From Ostrea edulis (lineage: Eukaryota): 64,000 nt of DNA. The stretch spans positions 42,408,001-42,472,000 of the forward strand of contig NC_079171.1 of assembly GCF_947568905.1 (NCBI RefSeq), in the 5' to 3' direction. The translations under genes were made by a program, and so were the position numbers. A model generated the notes under the pieces. It was not told the origin of the DNA. It saw nothing but the letters and a program-made list of their open reading frames with translations, and ran no database searches. Numbering within the stretch: the stretch's first letter is position 1; every line of letters begins with the position of its first letter. Below are positions 11,401 to 23,044 of the stretch, piece after piece.

Positions 11401-14400
11401 GTATGTCTTTCAGAACCAGCAATTGGCTGTACAATGTAACAGTAATACGACAATCTGTATACAAGGTCAGTACCATCTATGTAGGTTTCAGTCAGCCTTA
11501 CCGCGTACATTTCATATTCTTGATAATGTTAACCATGACTTAAGGAGGAATGGCATGCCTGTAAAATCTGATATGGATGAAAAAAGGAGGATATTTAGAA
11601 TTATGATTTGAAAATGAAATCTTTCAAATTTACCTTATCTATTTTTTTAAATACATGGGGGAAAATATAAAATCCCTGTCAAACTTGAAGCCACGATCTA
11701 TAGATCAGCAGTTGGAACACTAATCTACTGGGCTACCCAGTTAAGTAGATTTTAAAGGAATACATAAATATTGCTGATATTCATGTATTCATTCATATAT
11801 CTAAAGGAAGTCCGCCATTAAGACGATCTGTTAGTCCTCCTTAAGGTGCAAGTATGATCGCGTGAATCTTTATATATTATACAGTGTATTTAAACCTTTA
11901 GTTTATATATATTTGTGAGTGGCATGTTGTGATCATTGAAGGGATCACGTTTTCTTTTCTGATTATTCTCGTTAAATTATTTCAGGAAGCAAGGGTGATC
12001 CTGGTCTTCAAGGTACGAAACATCAATGGCGCTAAACTCTAAATTAAAGAGCTTAAATGTATACTGAATATCGCTACATGTAAGCATTGACATTACGTTT
12101 GGTGTTGCTAGCAATTCTTGTTGCAAGAGAGAGATGAAATATACAAAAGATAATTGTGGCCTTTTATTATAATTAATACATAAGATAGGTGAATTTGGAG
12201 TATGCAATTGACGATGCAACTGATTTTTTAAACATCTAGTTCCACAGTCAACGCAAGATGGTAACGGACCGAATTTGCGTGTAGACCGATTGAACAATAA
12301 CCGCATTGTCGCTTAAACACAGCGCTGACAACATATTTTTATCATGTTTATTTATGTGCGTATTTCAGTCGAAGTTTGTGTTAATGTTTGTGTATGTGCA
12401 TAATATCCATCAACATTTATGTGTCAAGGGTTACCCGGAAGTAAAGGCGATACCGGAAGTAAAGGTGATCGAGGGCTTACTGGACTTCCTGGTTTACCAG
12501 GTATAACTTGTACATGATAAACAGTTTGTCTTATGTTGAAATGGATGTAATTACAGACAACTAAAATATTCACGAATGCATTGCAATTACATATTTGGTA
12601 GAAATATCAGTAAGTGCAATACAGATCTAAACGTTACAGTATTTTCAGTTTCAAGTATAATATTCCATTTAGGTTCAGACGGATTCAATGGAACGAAAGG
12701 TGACACAGGACCGATGGGCCCTACAGGGGCTAAAGGTGAAACGGGTCTACCTGGGGTCAAAGGAGAAACCGGGGTTAAAGGTGACACAGGCTTACAAGGT
12801 CCACAAGGCGAGTGTCAATACGATGATAACGTATTTGTTTATAGAGTTTTCAATTCATCCAAAAAGAACCGGACTGAATGCGAAAATAAAACCAGATAAA
12901 ACATTCTTATTATGCATTCAGTAGATAGACAGAGATGGACACAGTGTGTCATGTTAAACATTGATGAAATCAAACTCTATGCATCTCAATTATATTGCAT
13001 TGTGAACAGGAGCATGTTTGAAGTTTCATCAGCACACAAACAAATCTAAAAAGAACGTCTTGATTTTTCTTTCAATAATAAAAGGTCTCAAGGGCGAAAT
13101 GGGTGACCCAGGCCAGAACGGACTTAATGGGACAGTAGGACCTTCCGGTACTCCGGGCGCAGCTGGACTCCCAGGAAGCAAAGGTCAGTGCAATTTTCGT
13201 AGTTAAACTTGCACAGGTCGGATGCCTATAAATGGTTGCAGCAAGACAATCTGTCAGTGAGTTTGCACCATTGCCTAGCTATCTTCGACTACATGTAGTT
13301 TCAACAAATATACATATACTGTATACAGGGTTATTTGGCATCGTGTGATTTTTTTTTTCTCATTCAACATTTGCAAACGTTTACGTTACGTTTTAAATTC
13401 GCACAGACACAGGTGTATCCAAAGAAAGATAACCCTGTTCCGTCACAATTTGCCCCAGTTGTAAATTCGACAACGAGGGCGAAAATAAAACGTGGTGAAT
13501 ATTTTCCCGTACACAGTAGTAGAACTACGAAAATATCATCGGTCCTCTACTGGATATAGTCTAAGATATATTTTACAGGTTAAAAAATAATTCGAAATAT
13601 CTTCATAGATCTTTAAATGATAAATTAAATACTGAAAGTATTATGAAAGGGTGATATTATATTACCTAGCACTCAATGATAGTACAATGAAACGTGGGGA
13701 TAACGAACAGTGATCAATTTCATAACTCCTATAAGCAATACAAATTAGAGAGTTGGGCAAACAATATATACGTGATATCTGTCGTGCATTAATCTATTAG
13801 ATCCTTCACATTGGAATAAAAATCGTGAAATTACAGGTGAACCGGGATTAAACGGACTCCCAGGATTACAGGGACTACAGGGAGCAACAGGGCTCCCAGG
13901 AAGTAAAGGGGAGCTCGGACCAAAGGGCGAGGACGGACCATTCGGACCAACAGGAGCCAAGGGGGAGCCGGGAATCAGGTCTGTCTGTTCGTCTGTGTGG
14001 AGGGAGTGTTGTTTCCTTGTGTGTCTCAGGTTCTTTTAGAATTGTTTTTATGACAGATGAGTGAAAGAGTACAAATACTTCTGTACATGCATATATTTAT
14101 TTGTGCATGAAAAGGTGAAAATAACGAACAGCGATCAATCTCCAAACTCCTATAAGGATTACAAAATAGAGAATTGGACAAACACGGACCCAATGATTAT
14201 TAGTCAAGACTACTCATACAAGGCTGGTTCATCATCTTCTCACGTATAATGTATCAGTTTATCATTGTTTATTCATTGGGTACTCAATGCTAAATCTAGA
14301 TCATCGAGATCATTACAAAAGGCATGCATCTTGATAGTTTTTTCAATGAAGAGAGTATATTTTAGCAAACTGTCTTAACAATTTCTGATAAGGATGTACA

Positions 14401-17400
14401 TATTCTTCATGTATGTCCATAAAATTGTGTAAAACATCGAATTCGGAGGAAGGAGCTAAAATACAGAGTTAAGTGTCATCATTCTTTAATCCTGATGTGA
14501 CAACTATTGTGTTGATATTATATCTGAAGGATTCAAAGAGTCGAACTTCCCATTGTAATCATGATGAGCCACATCAATTTGACTATATTACGATTTAAAC
14601 TCTATAATTAACAGACGATGAATAACTTTGCAAGTTATAAAATTTACATTTTTATTTGCCCGTAAACATTCTCGAAATTATTTCGAATGATATTCTAGCG
14701 GACTGCAAGGACGAAAGGGCGAAACTGGACCTCAAGGATTCATTGGTCAACCAGGGGTCAAAGGTGAGCAGGGTCAAATTGGACCAAATGGTGCTCCAGG
14801 AACACCAGGGCTGAATGGCATTCCAGGATCTCAAGGACAGAAAGGAGAAATGGGACCACAGGGACCTAAGGTTGGTCAATTTCTCTGTTTTTCTCTTACA
14901 TTTTTAAATTTTTATTTCTACATTTCAAACAATTACATAACATAAAGAAACCCTCCTGCTTATCTAAAGGGAAACACTGGTGATGCGGGTCCATTTGGTC
15001 CAGCTGGGGTGAAAGGAAATCCGGGTATGACTGGAGCCAAAGGAGGGAGGGGCGATAAAGGAGAAACCGGATTGATGGGATTGCCGGGTGTCCAAGGTCC
15101 AAAAGGAGATCAGGGGATGCAAGGTCAGGATATGAAATAAACGTATATATCAAGCGGCTTCTTTGGACAATCGGACACTGTCTTCACTATTGGTCACATG
15201 TACATGTCACATGGTTCATTACTGAAGTTATTGGTTTTTTTTGACAACGTCATAAAATACCTTTTGGTATTCTTTCCAGATAAATTTTCGAAGTGATATG
15301 TACAGAACAATGATATCTACATTCACTCTGATAGATTTGGTAATCAATTTTGTAAAGGTGTAAGGTGACAATCATATTTATTCCAAAGTACTTCGTATGC
15401 TAAAACACAAACACAAACAAACACACACACACAAACACAAACAGGCCACAGTCGTTTCAGTACATGTATTCTCATTGGTTAAGAAATGAGAATGGTATGC
15501 AAATAGATCTGACTAAATCTTCCGAGGGTGAAGATCAGAGTTGCGGAACGAAATCCTTCATGAGCGGAGATGTGCATGCATGTTAGCATATATAGTACTG
15601 CACCGATTGACGAATGATTTACCAATCAAGGTTTAGCCTCGATAATATGCACCAACTGCGCACTTTTTTGTGTGTAGCTGTAAATTTTGCAGTTGTTAAT
15701 GTTGTAGGTATTGAAGACAACCGATGTAAGACATTAAACCAGTCAACTAAAGCCATAGACACTTGATGTTACAATATATATAAAGAAATTACTTGACTTT
15801 CAATATAAGCGTGTTATTTTTTGCAACACCAAGCGGCTGTGACCAATTGAAAAGCCTGTACTAAAGCTAGATCACCAATTATTTTCAGTGATAAACCTTT
15901 GATGTTGCATTGTTTATAGCTTTCGAAAATTTAACAATTACGTATCTAAAACAAGTTAGATTATAAATGATAGATGCATGAGATATAGAGGCTTATTTTT
16001 ATTATGGAGGATATGACAACAATAATATGATAATGGGTTGGTTCTCACCGTTTTTGTCCTCCTATGATAAAGCATAGCATTTATTTCTTGAATGTTTAGG
16101 TTATCAGGGAGCAAGGGGTCAGAAAGGAGAAACAGGAATCACAGGTCCTCAAGGACTTCCGGGTTCTCTTGGGCCACAAGGGATCATGGGAATGAAAGGA
16201 GAACTCGGACCGCAAGGATTGCCGGGACTAAAGGGTGAAATGGGAGCTAGGGTAACTAACGAGATAAAAATGAGTTTCGGTCACGGAAACGAAATGTATT
16301 CCTTTTTTTGTCATACATGTTTCTTAAAAAATTTTACAGGGATTTACTGGATTCCAGGGTCCACCTGGCGTTGCCGGTGCTTCCGGTCCTCAGGGACAGA
16401 AAGGTGAACGAGGTCAGCAGGGGTACTTCGGACAAAAGGGAGAGAAAGGTGACACTGGAGCCGGCAGTAATTGTTGTGTACAGCTAGGTAAGGATATGTC
16501 TTTGGCGGATCTAAAAGAAAATATATTATTGGCGAATTCACATGAAAATGGTCACCGAATATGTTGGTACCAAAAATGATTTGCATCTAGTCTTTTGATG
16601 AAAATGATTCTCTTTAGTGAGTTGTCTTGACTTTTACTTCTACATATGTTATTACTTCTACAACGTATAAGTTTACATTGCTTTTAATCGTCATTACAAT
16701 TATTGACCACATAAGAATAATATTTTGTCTCACTAAAATCTCATTGAGGGGTCATTTCTAGGCAAAGACATACAGTGTACTTATTTTAAGAATTGCTTGT
16801 GCTTTGGTTCGCCTAGATATTGACACACTTTTGTTGTTACGGGTTACATTGCATTAAGGTCTTGTAGTCGATCGAAATCTACGAAGGACAATAAGTGTAG
16901 AATACGAGATAAAGGGGATGATAAAGTGCAGTCTCTCCAGAGTGATGTAATAGACATGTGCCACATATTCTTCTATATTTACAGCCAAACCAACCATTCA
17001 AGGAAGCATAGGAACAATTTACCACGTGACAGCTAAAGAAAACAACACGGTTATCTTACCATGTAAGGTCAACGGATACCCTTCTCCTACAGTCACGTGG
17101 TCTAAAAATAATGACGTATCACCGATCAAGCAGGGGGTGTTAACTTCCAATGGTTTGCTGCTGGTGGATGTTCACGTTGGAGATACCGGAAATTATACAT
17201 GCAAAGCAGAGAGCATTCTGGGAATTCAAGAAAAAGTTGTAGAACTAATTGTTAAAGGTATGAGATATTACTTCATATTTGATATCTACCATGTATGTTT
17301 AAAAATGAAAAAGATCGAATATATTTCGGAGCAAATATGAATGCATACAGTTATGAGACTTGTGTATCCGTTATTTGTAAGGATACCTTCAATTAACCTT

Positions 17401-20400
17401 GCAACTGAAAAATACTTCTAAATGAGTGATAAGTTGAGTTCCTATGACCAGGTTCAATTTCTAGTATCCATTCTATAATAGTGAAACCGAAACCTGCATT
17501 TGTAGTAACCGGAAGTATCTATTTGTTCCGATTTGCCTTAGGTAATGATCCTTAGTGCATGGATTGAGGATTTTAGAATAACCCCAATCACTGATAATCC
17601 TACTCTTGTAAAACTTAAAATTTCATTCACACAATGAAACGTTTAACAACAATAAAATTGACAGGGATGATGCAATATCATACTAGTTTCAGGTGTGATA
17701 ATAGCGTTAAATATTAAATTGTCATAACCTTTAGAGGCAATCACCAGAGTGATTTTATTTCTATATTCATGCTAGTATCTTGTTGATTATGCAGTGATGT
17801 AAATGATTTTATACGGAAACATGTTATTTGAAAGGCTAAGAAAATTTGTAACCACAACGGTTGTCTCCCTGGTGTTATCTGGGATTTAATTCTAACATTC
17901 AGACTTTCAAGTTCACAATATTGTTTTGTATAGTAGTGATGGAAGTCACATTTGTATAAGACAATTCTGTGAAACATTCGGTCGGAATGCATTGAATAAT
18001 GAATAAGTATGCTCTAAGTTTAAGAATCCTATCCCCCCCCCCAATCCATTTCTAATCAACAGGAAAAACATTTTAAAAGACTTTCTGATAGGCCTATTTT
18101 CCACGAAACGAATTGGATCAAGTCTAATCAAGCTATCAATGTCGTTCTAGACTAACTAGTGCCTCTACTAAGAAAAGCATGTCTGCAATTGGGATTGGCG
18201 CAAATGGTGTGTTCACATTTTGCTTTGAAAACCAAGTTCTGTGACTAGTCGGGGCATAGTCGACCCCCCCAGACTTGCACCCCCCCCGGGAGATTCCTGA
18301 TTACCGACGTCTGAAATGCAGACTGTCTGAATATTAAGATAATGGTATTTTACCTTTTTTGCAGACGGAGAAGCGAAGATTCATCCAGACCAGGAATATG
18401 TTGGGGCTAAGGTAATTGCTAACAAAACATTGAAAACAATTCCTCTGAATTTATACATGGACTTAGATTATCTTTCGATTCCAATTGTTATGTTGGTGGA
18501 CTGTTAGTCCCCGAGGGTCTCTATATATGTAATTGCTGTTATAAAATTTAGAAATTCATTTCAAAATGAAGGATTATCTCCCTCGCACATAGCTCTTATC
18601 CATAGACGAATTTGACTCCACTGTTTTGGCATACTGTTTTTCCCTAAAATAGCTCTAAAACGTCATTGTTATTTTGGATTTCAAACATTTCGGTTGAGTA
18701 TCACTGAAGAGACATTATTTGTCAAAATGCGCATCTGTTGCATCAAAATTGGTACCATATAAGTTTTACATGATGCAGGAGAGGTGTGGGACCAGTGCGT
18801 GCGTCATTTCCGCTCCTTGTCACAACAACACTATTCACTTCTTTATTTCCATTATTTAGGTCGGGCAAATTGTTCAAAACTTATGCAGGGTCACAGAAAC
18901 AGACCATTACAACCTCCAATATTCCAAGGTCACAGGGTCATTTCCGATTCACAATATCAACCCGGATGGAAGCGTTCGATTTGCTATGACGGGTGAGCGT
19001 GAGACTGGCGAATACCAATGCGAGGCTACCACCGATACCGGAATTGTGTTTGCAGCCTTCTATGGTAAGTCATGCTGAGGGAGTTTCTAATTGATGGATG
19101 TGCAAAACATCATTGAATTTATTAAAATGATTTGAATAGTCTCCTTTTGATGTAGCGTTATACTGAGTAAAATGGATGTGATTAATGTCATGTAGAAGTT
19201 TCGTTTAATTGATTAAGATAAGTTCGTATGATGACGCGACGGGACAACAAAATGAATCCAAATAATGCAATGTTTTCCAGAAGGCATATGACGATGAAAT
19301 AATACACATTGACGAAAGTGAATGTTTTGATGTTTGTATCAATAATTAATTCATCATTCTTAATCATTCACCACTTTCCAGTGTACAAGGACATGGGACA
19401 ACTGACATGTCAGACTACGTTTGCTGACTGTGCAACATTAGATAAATCGTACTGCGGGTAACTTTTTCATTTCGTATTGTACTACTCATTAAATAAGTAA
19501 GTTGTACTGCGGATAAATTTATGAAATTGATATTGTACAAATTATTTTGATGACAATAGAAATTTAATATAATGATGTTCCAGATAGGAAAATAAATATA
19601 CATAGGCTTCCGTAATAGACACGTTGGTTTTCGTGTTTGCTTCTTTCTTTTCTTTTTTTTTTTTTGTTGTTTTTTGTTTTTGTTTATGATGTTATACAAT
19701 GTATATATTCTAGTGCATTGGTCATGTTCATTTCAGCGGAACTTGCCCCGCAGGATGCACAGATCTGAACGAAGCATTCCATGCTCATCGCTTTGCATTG
19801 GTAAATATTTGTGTTTACGCTTGTGTTATCAGAATATTCTATAACACATCCCTATTTTCTGCTGCTCTTTGAGTTTTGATATTTGTCTTTTTTATGTCAG
19901 AACCTTGAAATCATAAATTTTTGGACATTTATACAACCAAGAATAACTTAAACAGTGGTGATCTAAAGTCTTTGGGCGGTCACGTGATATGGAAAATACA
20001 ACTTAAAATAAGATAAAATGATTTGCAATGACAGTAACAGGGATTATATGTTGTGAGAACCTCCTAGAAACCTCAGCATTTTCAATAAAACGTACCGACT
20101 AAGCTAATGGTTTGGTCATAGTTGAATTAATGGTCTATCTATACATACAATATATGGATCTGCATTGCATATGTCAAAAGAAGGAATATTTATACTGCAT
20201 ATCGAAATGAGACCTGAGTGACTTTTAACCAGGTCACTCGTACTTCAACTTGATAATTTGGTGTATTCAGAATTTGCCGGTGTGTCGGGCTGCTTTAAAC
20301 AGTGGTGGTCTAAAGTCTTTGGGCGGTCACGTGATATGGAAAAATGAGCATGCCAAGTAAGAGACTTGATCTTCTGGGTCAATATGTTATTTTATTTCTT

Positions 20401-21425
20401 TATTTACAATCGTCTGGGTCAATATGTTATTTCATTTATTTATTTACAATCGTCTGGGTCAATATGCTATTTTATGTATTTATTTAGAATCTTCTGGGTC
20501 AATATGTTATCTTATTTATTTATTTACAATCTTCTGAGTCAATACGTTATTTTATTTATTTATTTACAATCTTCTGGGTCAATATGTTATTTTATTTATT
20601 TATTTACAATTTTCTGAGTCAATGTTATTTTATTTATTCATTTACAGTGGTTTGGGTCAATATGTTATTTTATTTATTTATTTACAATCGTCTGGGTCAA
20701 TAAGTTATTTTATTTATTTATTTACAATCGTCTGGGTCAATAAGTTATTTATTTACAATCAAACAACTTTCTAAGTACAAACTGTAAACAGTTAACAGCA
20801 TCCTGAGTAGTAACATTAAATAGTTAACAGCATTTAAATTACTAATTGTAATTATCAAATTTAATATCATTCTGAGTAAAAACTGAATGCTTTACAATAT
20901 TAAGAGTAATAACTGCGAATGGTTTACAACTTTAATGACATATGCACCGGAGTTAAGAGCTGCTGCTCATACCCTCATGTATTTTCAAAACTGAAAATTA
21001 TATGTTATATTTACATTTTATTTTCATTTCTGTCCAAATATTCCCAGCTGCTAAAATAGTCGTACTATATTTATCAAGATTCATACGCACATTTCTCACA
21101 TTCATGATGAAATTGCTATCTTTTAATTGGTAAATTTATCGAAGATAAATACATTGCAGATGATTGATTTAATGAAATAATCTTCCGCTTTAATCATACC
21201 ACCTTATTTATTGTATCCAATGTGAAGTATAAAACGTGTGTCTATTTACAACGCTGATTGCTTTATCATATCACATTGGATACGTTGTCAATATGTTTAC
21301 AGTATTGTCATTTCTTCATTACATCACTTTGAATACGTTGTTCATTTGTTTACAGTGGTGGAGAGGCATCTGAGTTTGTGCAGGCCACGCCAGTTGTCCG
21401 TCCTCCGATTACCGTGCTAGGATAA
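8418..21425 (+). CDS. Type II transmembrane collagen with two Ig domains and a C-terminal LCCL-like domain (colmedin/gliomedin-like architecture), 743 aa
   Basis: 19 phase-consistent exons: 8418-8588, 10315-10401, 11414-11465, 11986-12012, 12429-12500, 12673-12807 (GC donor), 13085-13183, 13837-13978, 14699-14870, 14970-15123, 16100-16251, 16340-16487, 16985-17257, 18365-18411, 18860-19064, 19382-19457, 19737-19800, 20271-20356, 21356-21425; total 2232 nt ending in TAA. Exon 1 [57 protein letters not shown] (signal anchor plus coiled coil); exon 2 has RSKR; exon 3 has [11 protein letters not shown]; 120 Gly-X-Y triplets, then SNCCVQL; Ig1 C..W..DTGNYTC; Ig2 ..ETGEYQC; then LTCQTT...GTCPAGC...[26 protein letters not shown] at 21702-21707. 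Confidence 0.9.
9768..10139 (-). mobile_element. MITE, second (inverted) copy of the 3237-3593 family
   Basis: Termini CAGTGGCGGATTT...GGATCCGCCCCTG; the body is the reverse complement of 3237-3593. Confidence 0.8.
10390..10672 (+). repeat. 24-bp tandem repeat overlapping the exon 2 splice donor of gene 2
   Basis: Units AGAAATATCACGGTAAGATTCTCT and AGAAATTTTACGGTAAGATTTAGT, about 11 copies; most contain ACG|GTAAGA. Confidence 0.9.
11544..11840 (+). mobile_element. TTAA-flanked MITE (Kolobok-like), copy 2
   Basis: TTAA|GGAGG...CCTCC|TTAA: short TIR with a TTAA target duplication. Confidence 0.75.
13317..13518. mobile_element. MITE with TACTGT...ACAGTA termini (Tc1/mariner-type)
   Basis: TACTGTATACAGGG...CCCGTACACAGTA inverted ends. 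Confidence 0.65.
18502..18770 (+). mobile_element. Non-autonomous retrozyme/PLE-associated repeat carrying a degenerate hammerhead ribozyme
   Basis: Contains TATCA-CTGAAGA-GAC-ATTATTT-GTC-AAAA-TGCGCA-TC-TGTTG at 18699-18740; element boundaries approximate. Confidence 0.55.
18699..18740 (+). ncRNA. Degenerate minimal type I hammerhead ribozyme (probably inactive)
   Basis: CUGAAGA core, 3-bp helix II (GAC/GUC), U-GCGC-A helix III and AUC cleavage triplet; GAAA is mutated to AAAA and helix I has a mismatch. Confidence 0.5.
20368..20760. repeat. 40-bp minisatellite in intron 18 of gene 2
   Basis: About 10 copies of TCTGGGTCAATATGTTATTTTATTTATTTATTTACAATCG. Confidence 0.9.
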
Positions 21426-23044
21426 CGAGGAACATGTGAACTACTGTAAACTTACTAGGATAACGAGGAACATTACCATGTTAAATACTGTAAACGTACT
21501 TAAGTTTACGCTGAAGATTTTATTTAGTCCGCCGTAATTTTGAACACTAATGCGTACTTCTATCCGATTTACTGCATAAATGGGGAGTTTTCACGAATTT
21601 ATTTGGGATCATAGGTAAAGTATACACCAAGCAGAAGAAAGTGCATTATATACATGTACGTCTACAGTTATTCTGAAATACTCGAGAGTTGATTAATATA
21701 TAATAAAATGCGCCGTACAAAACGTCCATGTTTCTAAGTTTTTTTCTTCTATTTTAATATCACTCTATAATCATGTGTCTATGTTGAAGTTTATTGGACT
21801 CGCGCTTTCTGGTGCCAAAGTCGTATACGATTTTTACCACAACTGGACTATGGTCGATGCTAGTTACACAAACGTTAACTTCTAGGTGGTATCAATGTTA
21901 ACGTTATATAGATGTGAAAGTATTTACTTTTAACTAAGGTTGATGCTTTACTGTATATTACTTACCTACAACATTGACCGGAGCTATATGTATTTATGAC
22001 GTGGTACATGTACAAAGTAAATCCATTCCTTTCATTCCATGAGAAATTATAAAATCATATATAGCCTTGCACATCCCTCTCGCGTAACAGCAATTCAAAA
22101 TGTCTTTATCTTATTTATTTTCAAAACTACGGCCATAAAAAATAAACAAGAAGACTAAGATTTCAAGTTTATGCTGATGTTTACCAACATCAAGTGTATA
22201 AGAGCAAACATATCGAAATAGAAAGATTTCATAAATTCCTGTTTGGTAACTATGTTTTTCTTTGATGTCGATATATCTATGAATTGATCTTTTCAAACCG
22301 CTCTACTTGTATTTCCATTCGACCACGTGACATCTTAATTTTGTATTTTTATATCCTTGATGTCTGGTACTACATATCAACTTTAACCTCCCCACCCTTG
22401 TTAAGAGATGATCTGCAAAAACAACACACACCAAGGCTGATCATTGGATTTGACCAATAGTGGTCCACCTATCGTCTAACAAAGGACAACAGGTAGTGAT
22501 ATGTACTGGGAAGATGCATAACGCATTGATGAATTTTTTTTCAGTATAATTTTCCTATGATACCACCATCAAGAAAATAATTATAAGATTCATTTCTTAT
22601 CATGTAATCATGTTTTTAAATGGTAAAACTAATAGTTTATCTCGTAAAAAAAGCTTTAATTAACGTTTTTGAAATGGCGCGTAGGAATACACGTACGTAA
22701 CAATGAACACAACAACATGGCTGTGCGTTAAGCTGAGCAGAGTTATATAGATCGGATGCAATGGCTAGAATTGAATTAGATATGAAGGACTAAGACAAGC
22801 GGTGACTCGATGTATGTTGCGTTGTGTTGGAGGAGACGTTGAACACTGGTTGTGTCGTGGGAACGTTTTTCAACCAATCACAATCACCGTATCTTCACCA
22901 AGACGATAAATATTAAATAATTTCTGGATGTTTTAGTGTGTTACAAATACAGTTAAAATTAAGCCTCAGACTTGGATTCTTAAAATGTATGATTACATCA
23001 GAGTTACAGAAAAGATACATTTTAAGAATCCAGGTCTGTATCTG

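Noticed and set aside
12587-13960. Minus-strand Pro/Gly-rich ORFs (12587-12787, 13745-13960)
   Set aside because: Antisense shadows of the collagen exons.
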